This document shows positions 48,826 to 62,700 of a stretch of DNA of 64,000 nt, one piece after another. How positions within the stretch are numbered: the stretch's first letter is position 1; every line of letters begins with the position of its first letter. A program made the position numbers and the translations under genes. A model generated the notes under the pieces. That model saw only the letters and a program-made list of their open reading frames with translations, had not been told where the DNA came from and ran no database searches. The stretch is from Thalia democratica (lineage: Eukaryota), in NCBI GenBank assembly GCA_965202585.1, contig OZ241832.1, forward strand, positions 33,976,001 through 34,040,000, given 5' to 3'.

Positions 48826-51800
48826 GATGTAAGTTATTTAGGGAATAGGGGAGCTAAAGCCACGCTATTGAATTACACTGATGATACTATTTAAACAGGG
48901 TATAGGGGTACTAAGCCACACCCCTGAACCGCCGGTATCAAACCGATATAACTTAGTTTGATAAAAAATGTTAATAAGTTAGAGAGACTGCTTGTAAATT
49001 ATTTACTAAAATCTATGGTAGCAAAAACTAAAACTTATTTAATTATAGCAGCAACCAAATATACACTATCTAACAGATGGTTATGAGAATATTTTACTCA
49101 AAGAATTCAATTATTTTAAAACTCTTAGAATTAATCTTGATTAAGATCATTTTTAAGAAAAGCAAAACTGTTTACGAATCTTATTATATCTTTAGCAAAA
49201 ACTTTTAACTAATACTGTGAATGTAGCAACCACCATATATAAACAAATCAAAGAATTTATTATAACACGAAATTTACTGCAAAAACAATACCAAAACAAT
49301 ATTAAATAAACTCACTGTGTTTTATAGTCCACCTCTATGTAAGATTCTATCCAAAAAATCCAGTTTAAAAAATTACAAGAGGAAAAAACTCAATATTCAG
49401 TAAACTCATCCACTAAAATCACTTTTGTTTGTTTGGCGGCAAAACAATATAAAAAACCCCCTAATGTTTGCAATATTGAAAAATTTGTTTTATTTAGCCA
49501 GAGGCGTTACAAAGTTTAAAAAAAAGATATTGAAAACAGTAAATTTTAAAAAAAACTAGTATTAATCTAGTTTAATTTTTACGACCCTGCTTTTCAGGAA
49601 AAATCTAAAATATTTGTTTGCCAAGTATGACGCAATATATAGAGTAAAATACACCAAAATAAAGATAAAAAGTAGTAAAAACTAAAAAGTAGTTCATGTC
49701 ATAAAGTGTAAGTTTTTAAAACGTTGTAGATCTAAAAAAAAAGCATAAATTTTGTTTAAATTAAACTTTTCATTTAAAAAAGTTATCTCTATTGTCTTTA
49801 AACGATTTCAGCAAATGTTTTTTTATTCCTAAGCTCTCTTTCTGAACATACAATCTTTAATATGACAAATAAGAGTTACAAGTATGTTCAATTATTTTAG
49901 TATCTATGTCAAGAAGGTATTTAATGTCCTTGTAAATTACATTAGATTAATATTCGTTATAAAATATTTTATGCAGCTTTTTCATAACATCGAAAAATCT
50001 TTTTTTTTTGTTTATAAAAGTTTAAACTTAAAATACCAAAACAGTATGCTGAAATTTTATTTTAAATAATTTTACAGAAATCTGACAAAAACAGAACTAG
50101 CTACAAATTTGTTTAAGTATACAATACACTTATTCTCTATGCTTACAATAAGCCCAAATACTTATTAGTCATCGATAACTTTTTATTTAATTCGAAACTA
50201 TGGTTTTGTTCATTTTGAAATTGTGAGCACTTCGGAGTCTGTTTAAAAATCGTAACTTTTTTACCATTGACATTTCTATTAAAATTTAACTATAAAAAAT
50301 CTAAATTAGCTTATATAAAAGCTAAATAACAAGATTACACAAATATAAAGCTTTGTTTTGAGACTAGGTAGTAACTTTGTTAATTTTAGCTTTTGTTAAA
50401 GTAAAATTTTTAGTTAGTGTTTACTACCTTTATCGTTTGAATAATTTTTTTTTAATTTATCTTAAAGTTTTCGAATACATTAAAACCTGATGAAGTTTTT
50501 TCCTTTCGAACCTAACTTATTTTAAACTAAACTGCATATCACTTTAGTGAAAATTGTAAACTTTTAATTGAATTATAAAATAAAATTAAGTCAAATTTAC
50601 CTTTTTTTTTTTTGGTAAGTTAAAGTGTAGTTTATACTTGTTAAAGTGTTTAAACTTACAGTTATTAACAATATACTATTCAGAAATTAATATTTTATTA
50701 TGTTTTCATTATTTTCTGAAACAGAAAACTGATTTTTGACAAAGTATATGCATCCAAATTTGCAAATTGTTTGAAAATTTCGATAACTTAAAAATTTTCA
50801 CTTGTAAAAAAAAATTCACGTATGCGCACTTTTAGAGTACTTGATTTCATTAATAGTCTTAACTTGAATTATGTTATGTATATCTAACAAAACATATGAG
50901 TAACCAAAATATAATAATATTTTATGATGTTGTTTTTCTCAAGAATGTTTAACAACGCAGCTATAAATTAAACAAACATAAAGTCAAGAAGAGTTTTTTT
51001 TTTAATTTGGTAAAAATGACAAACTTTGTTTAATTTTAAACTAAAGTTTCGAACAACATTACACAAAAAAATGCTTCGTAGTAAGTTCCTAATTTTTTTT
51101 ATAAAAAGTTTTGTAATTTTTAAAGACTTAATTAACCGTAAAAATTAAAACTAAATTCGCAGAAAGATTTTAAATTAGACATATATTTTTATTGCTGCCA
51201 ATTTTTACGCAACAAAAGAACCATCTCACAATAGGATTACTCTATATATAAAAGTAAAACAGCTTTAATAAATAAGTAAAAAAAAATTCTAAGGAACTTA
51301 AAAGAGACAAACAAAATAAAAACGTTAGGCTTTAGTAATTAAAAATCTAAGTAGTACATCTATATAGTTTGAACTAGAAATCACTAAAATCATCATATTT
51401 CATACTCACTTTAATAACTTTATTTAAAATTTTGCGTAAAAGTGACATTTTTAACCTTATAAAGTAAACTATTACCTAATTAAACATTTTAAAAAAAGGC
51501 GCACACATAAATTGAAGATCTATAAAATATAAAAAGCACCAGTAATAGATTAAACTATGATGCAGGAAGTACTAATAATTAAATTTAAAAAAAAATGTTG
51601 TTTATAAAATTTTTATATGATATTTTACTAAAAAAAACTGCTTTATTTCCAATGAAAAAATATCGACATGATTGTCTAATTTTCATAATGTTTGACTTAC
51701 AAACAAAAGTAAGTAAAAAGTTTGTTTTTAAATTAACACGTACTATATTTGAAAATTTTCAATAAAAAGTAATTTAACAAGTTTTAAATAAAAAAATATG

Positions 51801-52089
51801 AGAATTACTTGCAAACCAACAGATTATTAAAAAAAGCAAACAAGTTTATTAATTTGTTTTATACTAAAGTAGTGTAAATAAAAGCTGTCTTGGTTATTAC
51901 TTTTAAAATTTACAGCAACAAATTGAAGTCAACTTTTATTTATTCATATTTTATAATGGATAAAAATGTTTAACGTAGTATAATAACTTAAGATTTTAAC
52001 GATAGAAACATATTTGAAGTGTAACTGAGTTTATCAAGATACTAAATATAAAATATAGGTTAAAAGGTAAAATTTAAGCTTTTGTTTCT

Positions 52090-52340
52090 CAATTTTCGGT
52101 GGGATTTAAAACAGAAAACTGAATAAATAGCATGTTGTGACTTTTTCTTATGGGTTAAAACCTCGTTTTAAGCGCAGTGGTAGTTGTAGCTTCTGATTAA
52201 GGGATTAAAACGGGAAAAAAGTTCCAGTGAATCGATGAGGCGAGACATTTCGTTCGTGAGCGGAATATTTTCGAACCAACTTCCTGGTATAAAGTAATTC
52301 AAATGTGCAGTGATCGATGCATTGTAGCAAGTTTAGTTGA
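52090..52340 (+). promoter_or_regulatory. Putative DUOX promoter
   Basis: GC-elevated island ~1.4 kb upstream of the DUOX ATG. TATAAA at 52288-52293 with CATT ~33 nt downstream, and an ETS-type ACTTCCTG just upstream. Confidence 0.4.
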
Positions 52341-53751
52341 AACTTTTTTGGTGCAGCTAGCTGATCTTCGATTTTATTTAATCAAAACATAAGAGAATAA
52401 TTTCAATGCTGGCCTAGGCTTTGCTGCAAATAAGAAAATAAAACTCAATGCTATTTTTAGTGGGCGGAGGTAATTTGTCAGCTGTCATTTTTATTTGTTT
52501 CGATGTGTATGTATTGTGTATGTAAAGGAACTAGTTCGAACACCATAGCTGGGTTAGGCCGAGTTTTGAATTCATGTTATTCCAAGCTTTTAGTTCCGTG
52601 TATGCGAGAGACTCAAAGTCAAGTTTTTTTTTATTTTTAGTCACTAGGCGTTCGCATAGCTACTTCCGCAAATTAAGAGGAAGTTTTAAAAGTATAACTA
52701 ATTGGAAATTTCAAATATAAAGTTATTTGCTCGTTGTTAACAAGCTAGTTAGTTAAAAAAATTGTGATTAAGAAATTAGTTGGAAAAAATAAAATGTTAC
52801 TTAATTAGTTTTTTTTTTCTTACGGCTCAAATACGTAAAAAAAAACCTAACAGTTTTTAGTATCTTTTAACTTAAAAAATTTAAAATGTGTAAAAGTTTA
52901 ATAGACAAAATTGTTAAAAACACAAGCTAATTTGAATAAAAACGAGATATAAGTCATCAAAAAGTCATAGGTTATTTCTTTCACACTATTTCTGATGCTA
53001 AGTATGTAAACACTTTATTTTTATTCAGTGCTTTACCAGATCTAGCATACGCTTACAAATGAGCCATAACGTATTAATTTAAGAGATAGTAAATTTTCAG
53101 TCGAGGTTCATATGTAGACACACTAGTTCAAGCATTTAGCTCGTAAGTGGATATGTGTTAAATATTTCTAGCCTTTCAGCTGAACTCACGCATTTATTGT
53201 GTTTTTGAACGTGTGATTAAATGTTTTGTTAGTTTAGAATATAAAGGTAAGATGCATAGAACTTACAACTTTAAATTAATAACAACTAAAAGTACAACAA
53301 TCGCAAGTTTAATTTCTTAGACAGTTTAACTTTTACGAAAAAATGATGAAAGTTTTTAAAGCTCCTAAAAGAATTTATACTGCAAATTTTTAGAGGTTTT
53401 ATAAAGTACTTTAATAAGTTGTACTTAGCTGTTTTATGTTTTTGTATAAGTAAAAAATAGTTTGTTTTGATTGTGAATAAGCGAAATAGTGAATAAGATC
53501 TATACTAATTTAATTTTCTCATTATGATTCATACTTTTACAGCTAATAAATTCTAAAAAAACTAAGTTTAAATAAACGAATAAACACTGATTTAAAAACA
53601 TAAAAAAGTTAATACTTCGCTTTACTTATATTTTGAAAGTAAGTTTTTTTTAATTCTGTAACAGGTAAATCAATAATTAAGTAAAATTAAGGTAGTTTAG
53701 TAACACTAATTTACAAAACTTTGAATGAGAAATACTTGAAGAACGGACCAA

Positions 53752-56700
53752 ATGTTGATTTTTCTTGTTCTGATTTTTCTAATTAGTGAAAGTAAGTTTA
53801 GTTGTAAAGTATTTAGTTTAACGTTACAACTGTAGTATACATTTTTTAACAATGGACAGTTAATTTCTAAAAAAACTATTTGTTAAAAATTTTGATTTAA
53901 AATAATTTCTTGCTACTTTTTTTTGATACATATTTTAAACTAAACAAAGTTTAGTCACATTATGGTTTAATATTTGATGTTTTAACGTACATACAGTAAT
54001 TTGTGACAAACAAAATTGGAATCCAAAAAAACTAAAAATAAATTTAAATTATTGTTTTCTAACAACCTTGTTAGTGCAAGAAAAAAACGTACATGCAAAA
54101 CTTGTTTAGACGTTGACATTTCGGAAAAAAAAAAGTTCATTTTATCAGAGAAACATGTTGTTTAAAACAAATGTAATCAAAAGCATACTTTAGATAGTTT
54201 TTTTCAAACTGAGATAATAAAAATTATACATTACATACTTAGTTTACAAAAAGTAAAAAAAAAATTAATAATTAGTTTTAAACGTTTTTCAAAAAGTTCA
54301 AAACTTTAACTGTATTAAATAATATAGTTTTTTTTTTACGAAAAAATTTATTCAAATTTATTAAGGAACTATTTAAATATTTTTTTTTATAAATTATAAT
54401 AAGTTAGATATATAAATGAATATACTTATATCATGCTTTATTTTTATTTTTATTTTACGCAACATTAAGTGCACATTAAAAGTTTAGTTTTCAGTATTTT
54501 TAAAGGCAAGTAAACTTTTATTTGGACAACAATGATCTTTCCCACATTTCATAATGTTTTGAATAAAACTAATTGTTCAAAATGAAATTGAAAACTAATT
54601 TTAATTAACGTTAAAAAAGTGAAACATGAGTTTTTACTTGTTTAAAAGCTTTTACTTGTTTTCACCAAAAAATAAAACAATAGAAACATTTGACAATAGA
54701 AGATATTAACCATTTAACACAATTGATATAAATATGCAAATTTTTTTCGATTTACATGATTGATTACGCTGATGCAATCAAAATTTTTGCTGACGTATGG
54801 TTCGGAAAACGTTTTTGTTTTTGATGATTTAAAATCTATCACTTAAAAACAGATGCAAAAAAAAACTCTTATCCGTTAATTATGACAAATGGAGCAGACA
54901 TTAAAAACATAAACAACCACTGCGTAGTAAACTTTAAAAACGTTATATAAATTTAACAGATGGGTTTTGTCAAAACTACGCAAAGGAGTACACCCCATAT
55001 GACGGTTGGTACAACAACCGAGCTCACCCCGAATGGGGAGTAGCGGGTCAGTTTCTATGGCAGTGCCTTAAAAATTTTCTTTTTTTCGTGTTTGTTTTTC
55101 AATTCTTTAAGTTTAATTTCAAAAAAAATTTTAACGAGTTTCTTATGTTTTTACAATAAAATTATTAAAAAAAAAACTTTATGCGACGCACATGAGTAAC
55201 TTCTTACAATTGTAGCTAAGGTTTATTTAATTGTTGAAAAAAAAAACCTATGATTTGATTATATCTGTTCTCACAGACTCGCACTTGACGCGGAGGGTGC
55301 CTTCCCACTACAAGGACGGTGTGTACCAACCCTCGGGTGACGACCGCCCCAATCCCCGGCAAGTGTCCCAGATGACCATGCAGGGGGTGACCGGGCATCC
55401 CAGCCACCAGCACAGGACCGCATTTCTCGTCTTCTTCGGTTAGAAATCAGTTTGAATTCATTTTAGTATTTCAGATACTTGAGAGTATCTAAAAAGATTT
55501 TACTATATACTCTGAAAGCTTCATAAAAACAAAGAATGTTTTTTCTGTGTAAAAAGCTTCAATTTTTAGGTCTAAGTTAGTATGAACATTTTGTTAAGGT
55601 AAACTTTTATAATTCTTCATAATTTAACTTTGTAACTTAATAAAAAAATTAGGAAACTGTTTATGTAAACAAACGAATATATAACTCAGGACAATTTAAT
55701 AAAAATTTAAATCATTTGGTTGTCAGGGCAACAGGTGGTGGAAGAAGTTTTAGACGCGCAAAGGTCCGGGTGTCCGCCAGAATATTTCAACATCAAAATA
55801 CCCAAGAACGATCCGCTGTACGACCCGCATGGGGAGGGAGGAAAAGAAATTCCCCTGTTACGAACCAGGTACGACCAGGGAACTACGGGGTATTCCCCTA
55901 ACAACCCTCGACAGCAGGTAAAATAGTTTTTTAGATTTTGAAAAAGGGTACTCTTATATTCTTATACAATACTTAAAATATTTTTAACCACATTTTGTTG
56001 GTTAAAGGACGTTTTGGTGCTATTATTTATTTTGTTAGAAAGTTATATTAACAAAAACTTAACCAAATTGTTTTATGAAAAATAAACAGACAGATTAAAG
56101 TTGGCATGATGAAATAGTTACCGTTTTCTAAATGTTTTTGAATTTTTAAGTCAGTATGTATAAGCTTTTATTTAGATTGTCTTTAAAATTTATACTTGAA
56201 TTTTGTTTAGCTCAATGAAATCACGCCTTATATCGATGGTGGGCTCACATATGGAATAACAAAAGCTTGGGCAGATGCGTTGAGGTCACACAAAGTTACT
56301 TGTGACGAAAGAGTAGGAAATGATAAGTACATCTACCACGAACAAGTTTGTTCTGAAAACTGTTTTATTAGTTTTTTTTATAGCAGATTGATAAAACAAG
56401 TATAACTTTAACTGTACGTTACATAACAAAACAGTACAAAACAGAACTAAGAATGTTGATACAACATTTATTTCTGGAAAACATTGCTTAGTTTATACTA
56501 ATAATAGAAAAGCTTTTGTTAACATAACACAAATGAATACAACTACAAACTATTTTTTATTGTTATCTGTTATTTTTACTTCGTAGTGTTTTCAAAAAGC
56601 ATGTTGCAATCGTTTAGTGATGCGGAAGTAATCGTTCTCCTTACATTTTACTTTCCTAAACATCAAGTTAATTAAGTTGAGTGTAACATGTTTCAACACC

Positions 56701-59700
56701 TAACTTGCACTTTTTATCGTTTAATTAATCAAAAAGTTAAACATACTTTCTATTTTACCTTACTTTATATTTATTTTAGAGTCTTGTTTGTCTACAACAA
56801 AAAAAACTTGCATTTTTTTTACAGTCTTTAAACAGCTTTAAAAGTTAAATTGTTTGCCATCAAATTTTTTATATAAAAAATGCAAAAGTTGTAAAACATA
56901 AATTGAGAATTTTAAAGTTTTAGCATAATAATCTAGCAGGTGGACGTAAATTGTTTGTTTAAATTAATTTTTTATGCAAAACTAAGAGGTGTGTCCTATT
57001 TAACTGTGCAGACTTATAACACCGTTTTAATTTAATAAAAAGCTACATCTTGCCTTAAGTGTATACCGCACACAAAAACTTTAAACTATGTTCGCTCTAA
57101 TGAACAAGTTAAGCTGATAGCTTGAAATTTTTAAATTTTTATAAGACTAGATGAATTTATAATGCCTGTGAAACTTTTTATTTAGTTAATGTCTAAATTG
57201 TTGTGAGCTCACCTGTTAAATTTATTAAAAGCATAGTTAAAATCATTTATAAAATAATCATATAACTTTATAAGTAAATAAAAATGCAAAACAAAAAGTT
57301 GTTAAGAATATACATTTTAAGTGTTATGTAAACCTTTGAAATTAAAAATAGTGCAGGTAAAAAGTTTTTGAAAACTAAAAAACTATAAATTATTATTGTC
57401 TTCAAAAAGTTAAAAAGTATAAACTCAGACTACACTAATCTGTATTTTATTCGAAATGTTTATACCAAAACAAAACGTTAAAAAAGTTTTCTAATGAAAA
57501 CGTTTGCTGAATGCTAATTGGCTTATAAATAAAATCAGCTGTGCAAATGTTTTTTTAAATGTATTTTTCTACAAAAAAAGCAAGTTTACAAACTTTTAAT
57601 TTTAAACCCGGTTTAAACAAGCATTTAAAAAAAACTTTTTTACTCATTATATTTATATTTAACCTAATTATATAATAACCTAACTATATTTGTTAATAAA
57701 AAGTACTGCGGTAGAAACTTTACTTTCAAACAGAATTAATTTGCAAACAGACAACCAATGCAGCAGACTGCAGAGGCGAACTTGCTTCTGTTGACAACAT
57801 GGGGCATTTTCCCGCCAAAAACGATGTCGGTCTCCCATTGGCCAATCCTCCTCCACCGAGGGATTTCCCTGAGTTGAAAGAAGTTTACAGATATTTTAGT
57901 TAGTTTTGTTTTAAAAAACCTGTGTGATTATTTGATAAGTTCATTTTTTTATGAACCTGATCATTAAAATTAACTTTAAGTCTTTTAAGTTACAAACTAT
58001 AATCTTTTGAAAGTTATAGTTAATCAAACTTAAAAAACTTTTAGTAAAGCAATACTATTTGAAATCAAATATTTAGTTTGAAAGTTTTTTTTTTTGAGTT
58101 CTGGACTCTTTATTAGTCATATTGTTGTTATTAATAAAATTGCAACTACTTTTGATGTCTATTTTTATTGTCCCTAATGATTTAAATAAGATTTTGCTAA
58201 AATGTACAGAATGAATGTTTTTAATTTTCAAAAGTTTTTGACTGTCTACAAACAATTAAAAGATAAGTATTAAGAAACATGAAAAATATAGTAAAGTATT
58301 GAACTAAATATTTGTATCAGGACTGGGAAACCCACGTGGTAACGAGAACCCGTTTCTTCTCACATTCGGAATAATGTGGTTCAGGTACCATAACTACCTG
58401 GCCATGAAAATTAGGGAAAAACCCGGTCATGAGAGCTGGTCAGATGAGAGGGTTTACAACGAAGCAAGGATAAAAAACATTGCAGTTCACCAAGTTTGTT
58501 TCACTTTTTCGGCAGTGCTTTTTAATTAACTCTAAAATTCTTAACATCACTAAATAGTTTCAATACGCTATAAAAGTTTTTTAAACATAAAAAATAGCAC
58601 AGAAAACATTTTCAAAAAAAATTGGGTATATTAAAGCAACTCTTTTTTATATGACAGTCATGTTAAAGTATCTTATAAGACTTTTTTAGTTAATGAAAAA
58701 AATTGTACTAAAATAAATAAAGAGCTAATGTATAAGTTTATATTTTTAATAAAAAACGTTTCCAAATGAATAAATTATAAACAATTATAATAAGTTCATG
58801 AAAGTTTTAATGTATTAAATTGTTTAGATAGTTTAATTAAGTAATAATGATAAGAGTTTCATTATAATGATCATGTAGTTTTTTAATTATACTGGATGAA
58901 TACTTGCGTTATTGAAAAAATTTTAAACATTAATTAAGTAATATTTAGAAGTTTATTTTCAAATACCACTTGTGTAAGGTTAAAAGCTAAAACAAAAACA
59001 AGTTATAAACAATGCATTTATTTTTAATTCAACACAACATTTTATCAAAAAAGCTCTATAACTGTTTTATGGTTGAAAAAGTAACTTTTAAAAATTACTA
59101 ATACGTAAATGTTAGTTACTTTTAGAAAATTTAAACATTAACAAGTTAGCAAACTAAATAATTGTAAAAATTACAAGTATGCATTTGAAAACACAGAAAA
59201 TAGTGATGTATGACTGGCTGCCAAGTTTTCTTGGAGAGTGCGACACACGGCACAACAAAGACAACATTGTGTGCAAACCAATGCCTCCATATTCCGGTAT
59301 TTCAACTGTTTAATTTAACAGAAGCTTCTAGCTAAATATTTGTACTTTGAAAGCATATTTTGACGCACAGTGTGCCCAAATCGCGCTGAACAGGAAACAG
59401 GGATGAAATTTTACGTAAAATCGTTGTTCGTTAACAATAAAAATAAACGAAACTTATTGTAGACATTAACTATTAATAAACTTCTTAAAATTTCAATCAT
59501 AAATTTACTAAAATAAAAAAGTTATCAGGCCAAATTAGAAACTTTTTAAAGTAATTTTACTTATACGTTTTTTCTTGTATGGGTAGGTTTGTTTCAAACT
59601 TGTAAAAGAGGGAAGTTGAATTTTTATTTTAAATATTTTTGTGTTGCAGATGTTTAGTAGATGAGAAATATATCAATTTAGTGTTAACAAGACAATACGT

Positions 59701-62700
59701 TTTATTCATTACACTTGCAAAGAGATTTTTAATCCTTACCGTGTTTGAAATCAATAGAAGAAAACTGCCAACTTAGACGTTTTCTATTAGTTTTACCTTA
59801 TAAAATATTTATTTTTAAAATAATTATTTATATATAATCTTATATGGTCCACATTTTTTTGTTTTGAAGGTTTGCTAAGTAAAACACTAAAAATTTGTAA
59901 ATTTCATAACTTTTTATTGAAAAAAAAACTGAAAACTTTCTAGTAAATCACTAATTAACTTAACAAGCAAAATTTTCACATATACTTTATTTCTATCAAA
60001 GTACTAATCAAATACTTTTTTTCAAGGTAGGTTTTTTAATGGTACTTTTCACTTTCGATTTTGAGCCATCTGACAAAACTTATGTAGCATATAGAACTTC
60101 AAAACTTTGTTAGAAGCTCTAAATTTCACTATAATCTTGCCATTTTGACCACTAGTTTTTAAACAAAACAAATTAAACATTTTCCTTTTTGAAGTTGCAG
60201 GCCCCTGTGACATGACATCATAAACATTAAAAACAAATACTAGTTCTATAAAATGAGATCTTTTATTGGAGTCTTTTGAGGCAAATAACATCCTTGAACT
60301 TCAATGAAAAACTCTAAACACACAATCACTTGCTTTCAACATTTCAGGCTACAAGTCGTCGGTGCATCCGGGCATCACTCACGTCTTTCAATCCGCAGCG
60401 ATGAGGTTCGGACACACTCTGGTTCCTCCCGGCGTGTGGAGGAGAAGCAAAGTTGATCCCGTGTTAGTTGATGACAAAGTTTTTTTGAACTAAAAAATAA
60501 AACAGTTATTTTAGTTTTTTTTTATGGCAAAAGTTTTATTAGCTTATTTAAAAGACCTCTTTACACAGAACGAAGGAGTGTAAGTTTTTCAACACAACTC
60601 TAGCGACATCAGGCGGTAGGCACGAACTTGTTGACAGACCAGCGCTGAGAACTTGCAATTCTTACTGGAACTCAATTGTTAGCAACTTTTACTTGGTTGA
60701 AACTTTTCAGTGTTGCTGGTTTTAAAACTTACTTTAGATAATCGTCCTATATACTAATTGACATGATAAAAACTCTATGTTTGATTTTTGGTGATTGAAA
60801 TTACTGCCAGTATAAACATATGTTTGATTTTATTAGTGTTTATTTTCGTAATAGTTTCATTATAGAACCTTTTGGCACTTTTAAATAAATACAACGCAGT
60901 TTTCTGTATAACTTTAATACTTTTATTGTTTTTAAAACTTTAACTAATTTTTTTAATGTTTCTAAAGTTGAACATATGTAACTATTTTTATTATGTTTAC
61001 ACTTTTTTGGAAGATTATTACTAAATTTACCCCAGTTTACAAAATAATGTTTATTTTTAAAGAACAAACTAGATTTGTTGAACTTTAAGCTTATTAAATA
61101 TAAAAAATCGTAAAACTTAAAGAGTTTATTCAATTGAAAAAGATTATAGTTAAACTCTAACTTATAAACTAAAAACGACAATTAATGAACATTAACTTAC
61201 ATATGTTGTTATAAAAAAAATTTACCCCCTAAATCAAGAGAACTTACCGCCAGCGGTAAATTTACCCCAGGTTAATATAAAACCGCTGCTCTAGATCAAC
61301 TATTTTGAATATAATAAAAGTTTGTAAAAATAAACATAAATAAACTTTTTCTAAAAAAGTTGTGTTTATACTGCAGTCAAAATTGAACAACAAAGTACAA
61401 TAGAAATATATAAACAAAAAGTCATAAAATTATAATTAAATCAATTGTATACCAGGAAGCGATAGAGGAGCGAGACATTCATCCCCTTCTGATGGGAATG
61501 GCGTCCCAGCTGTGCGAGAGAGAAGACAACATAATCACTCCCGATCTCAGGGGATCCGTGTTCGGATTCCTGGATTTTATTAGGAGAGACCTTATGGCTA
61601 TCAATATTCAGGTTTAATCAATGTTTATTAAACGTTATGAAAATGATTAGATATTTTTTTCTCAATAGTTTTGAATGCTTTAAATTTGTTTGTTTTAATA
61701 TTTTAATTAGGCTTTGTATAAGTTTTTTAACAGTTTTCGTTTTTGCAAAGATTTTATTTACTGGATCCAATAAGCCGTTGTTGCAAGACAGCTTAATTTA
61801 ATTTAGTTTTAACAAGTCGTTTTGTTAAAGTAGATTTAACTACGTAAGTTAATACTTTACCTACTTAGTATCAAAAAATGTTTTGAAGTTAAAATTAGAG
61901 TGAACAATTAAGATTTAAAATCCTTAAGAATCACATTGTGTTAAAAAAATAAAACTGTTTGAAAATCCGTTTAGGTTAACTGAACTAACGTAAACGTACA
62001 AATGCCGGTTTAACAGTTAAGTAAAATGTTATAAAGTAAAACATTGAAAACTTATATAAAACTTGCTACTCTTACTGCAAACAGAGGGGAAGAGACCACG
62101 GACTGCCCGATTACAACACGGCGCGACAATCGTTCGGAATGAAGAGGATCGAAAGCTTCGAGGACATGAACCCGCTCGTGTTTGAAAACGACGACAACGC
62201 CGAAGTTTCTATATTTGAAACATAGAACAACTGGCTTTAGTTTTTTTTTAAAGGCTACTTATTATTACAAAGCTTCTATTCGCCAACAGCTGCTGGAAAA
62301 CTTGACAAACGTGCACTCGGGTGACATGTCTCGCGTGGACGTGTGGACCGGAGGTCTGATGGAAACCCAGCCGGAGGGACCCGGGGAACTTTTCAGGGAA
62401 ATCATCAGGGACCAGTTCGAAAGGATCAGGGACGCCGACAGATTTTGGTACGAAAACAGAGATAACGGGTTTGTTAATTACCGTTTATCATAAAAATGAT
62501 GCATGCAATTTGTAGCTAATCTTTATTTAAACTATTTTAATATTTTGCAACGATAAAGCTCTTGGCATTAGATTGTATATGCTTATACTCGAAAATACAA
62601 GATTTGCAAACCACACTAACCTAATAGAATGATAAAAACAGACTCTTTACTGATGATGAAATAGGTGAAATTAGTTCGACCACAATTCGTGATGTAGTTC

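Noticed and set aside
47600-53700. DUOXA maturation-factor gene expected head-to-head with DUOX
   Set aside because: No DUOXA-like motifs found on the minus strand by manual reading; TBLASTN would be decisive
679-61181. Most 60-110 aa ORFs in the six-frame track lying in AT-rich introns or intergenic DNA (e.g. 679-861, 1195-1404, 2586-2795, 18900-19142, 46176-46505, 60840-61181)
   Set aside because: F/L/I/K/N-rich composition expected from random AT-rich sequence; no motifs or coherent splice chains
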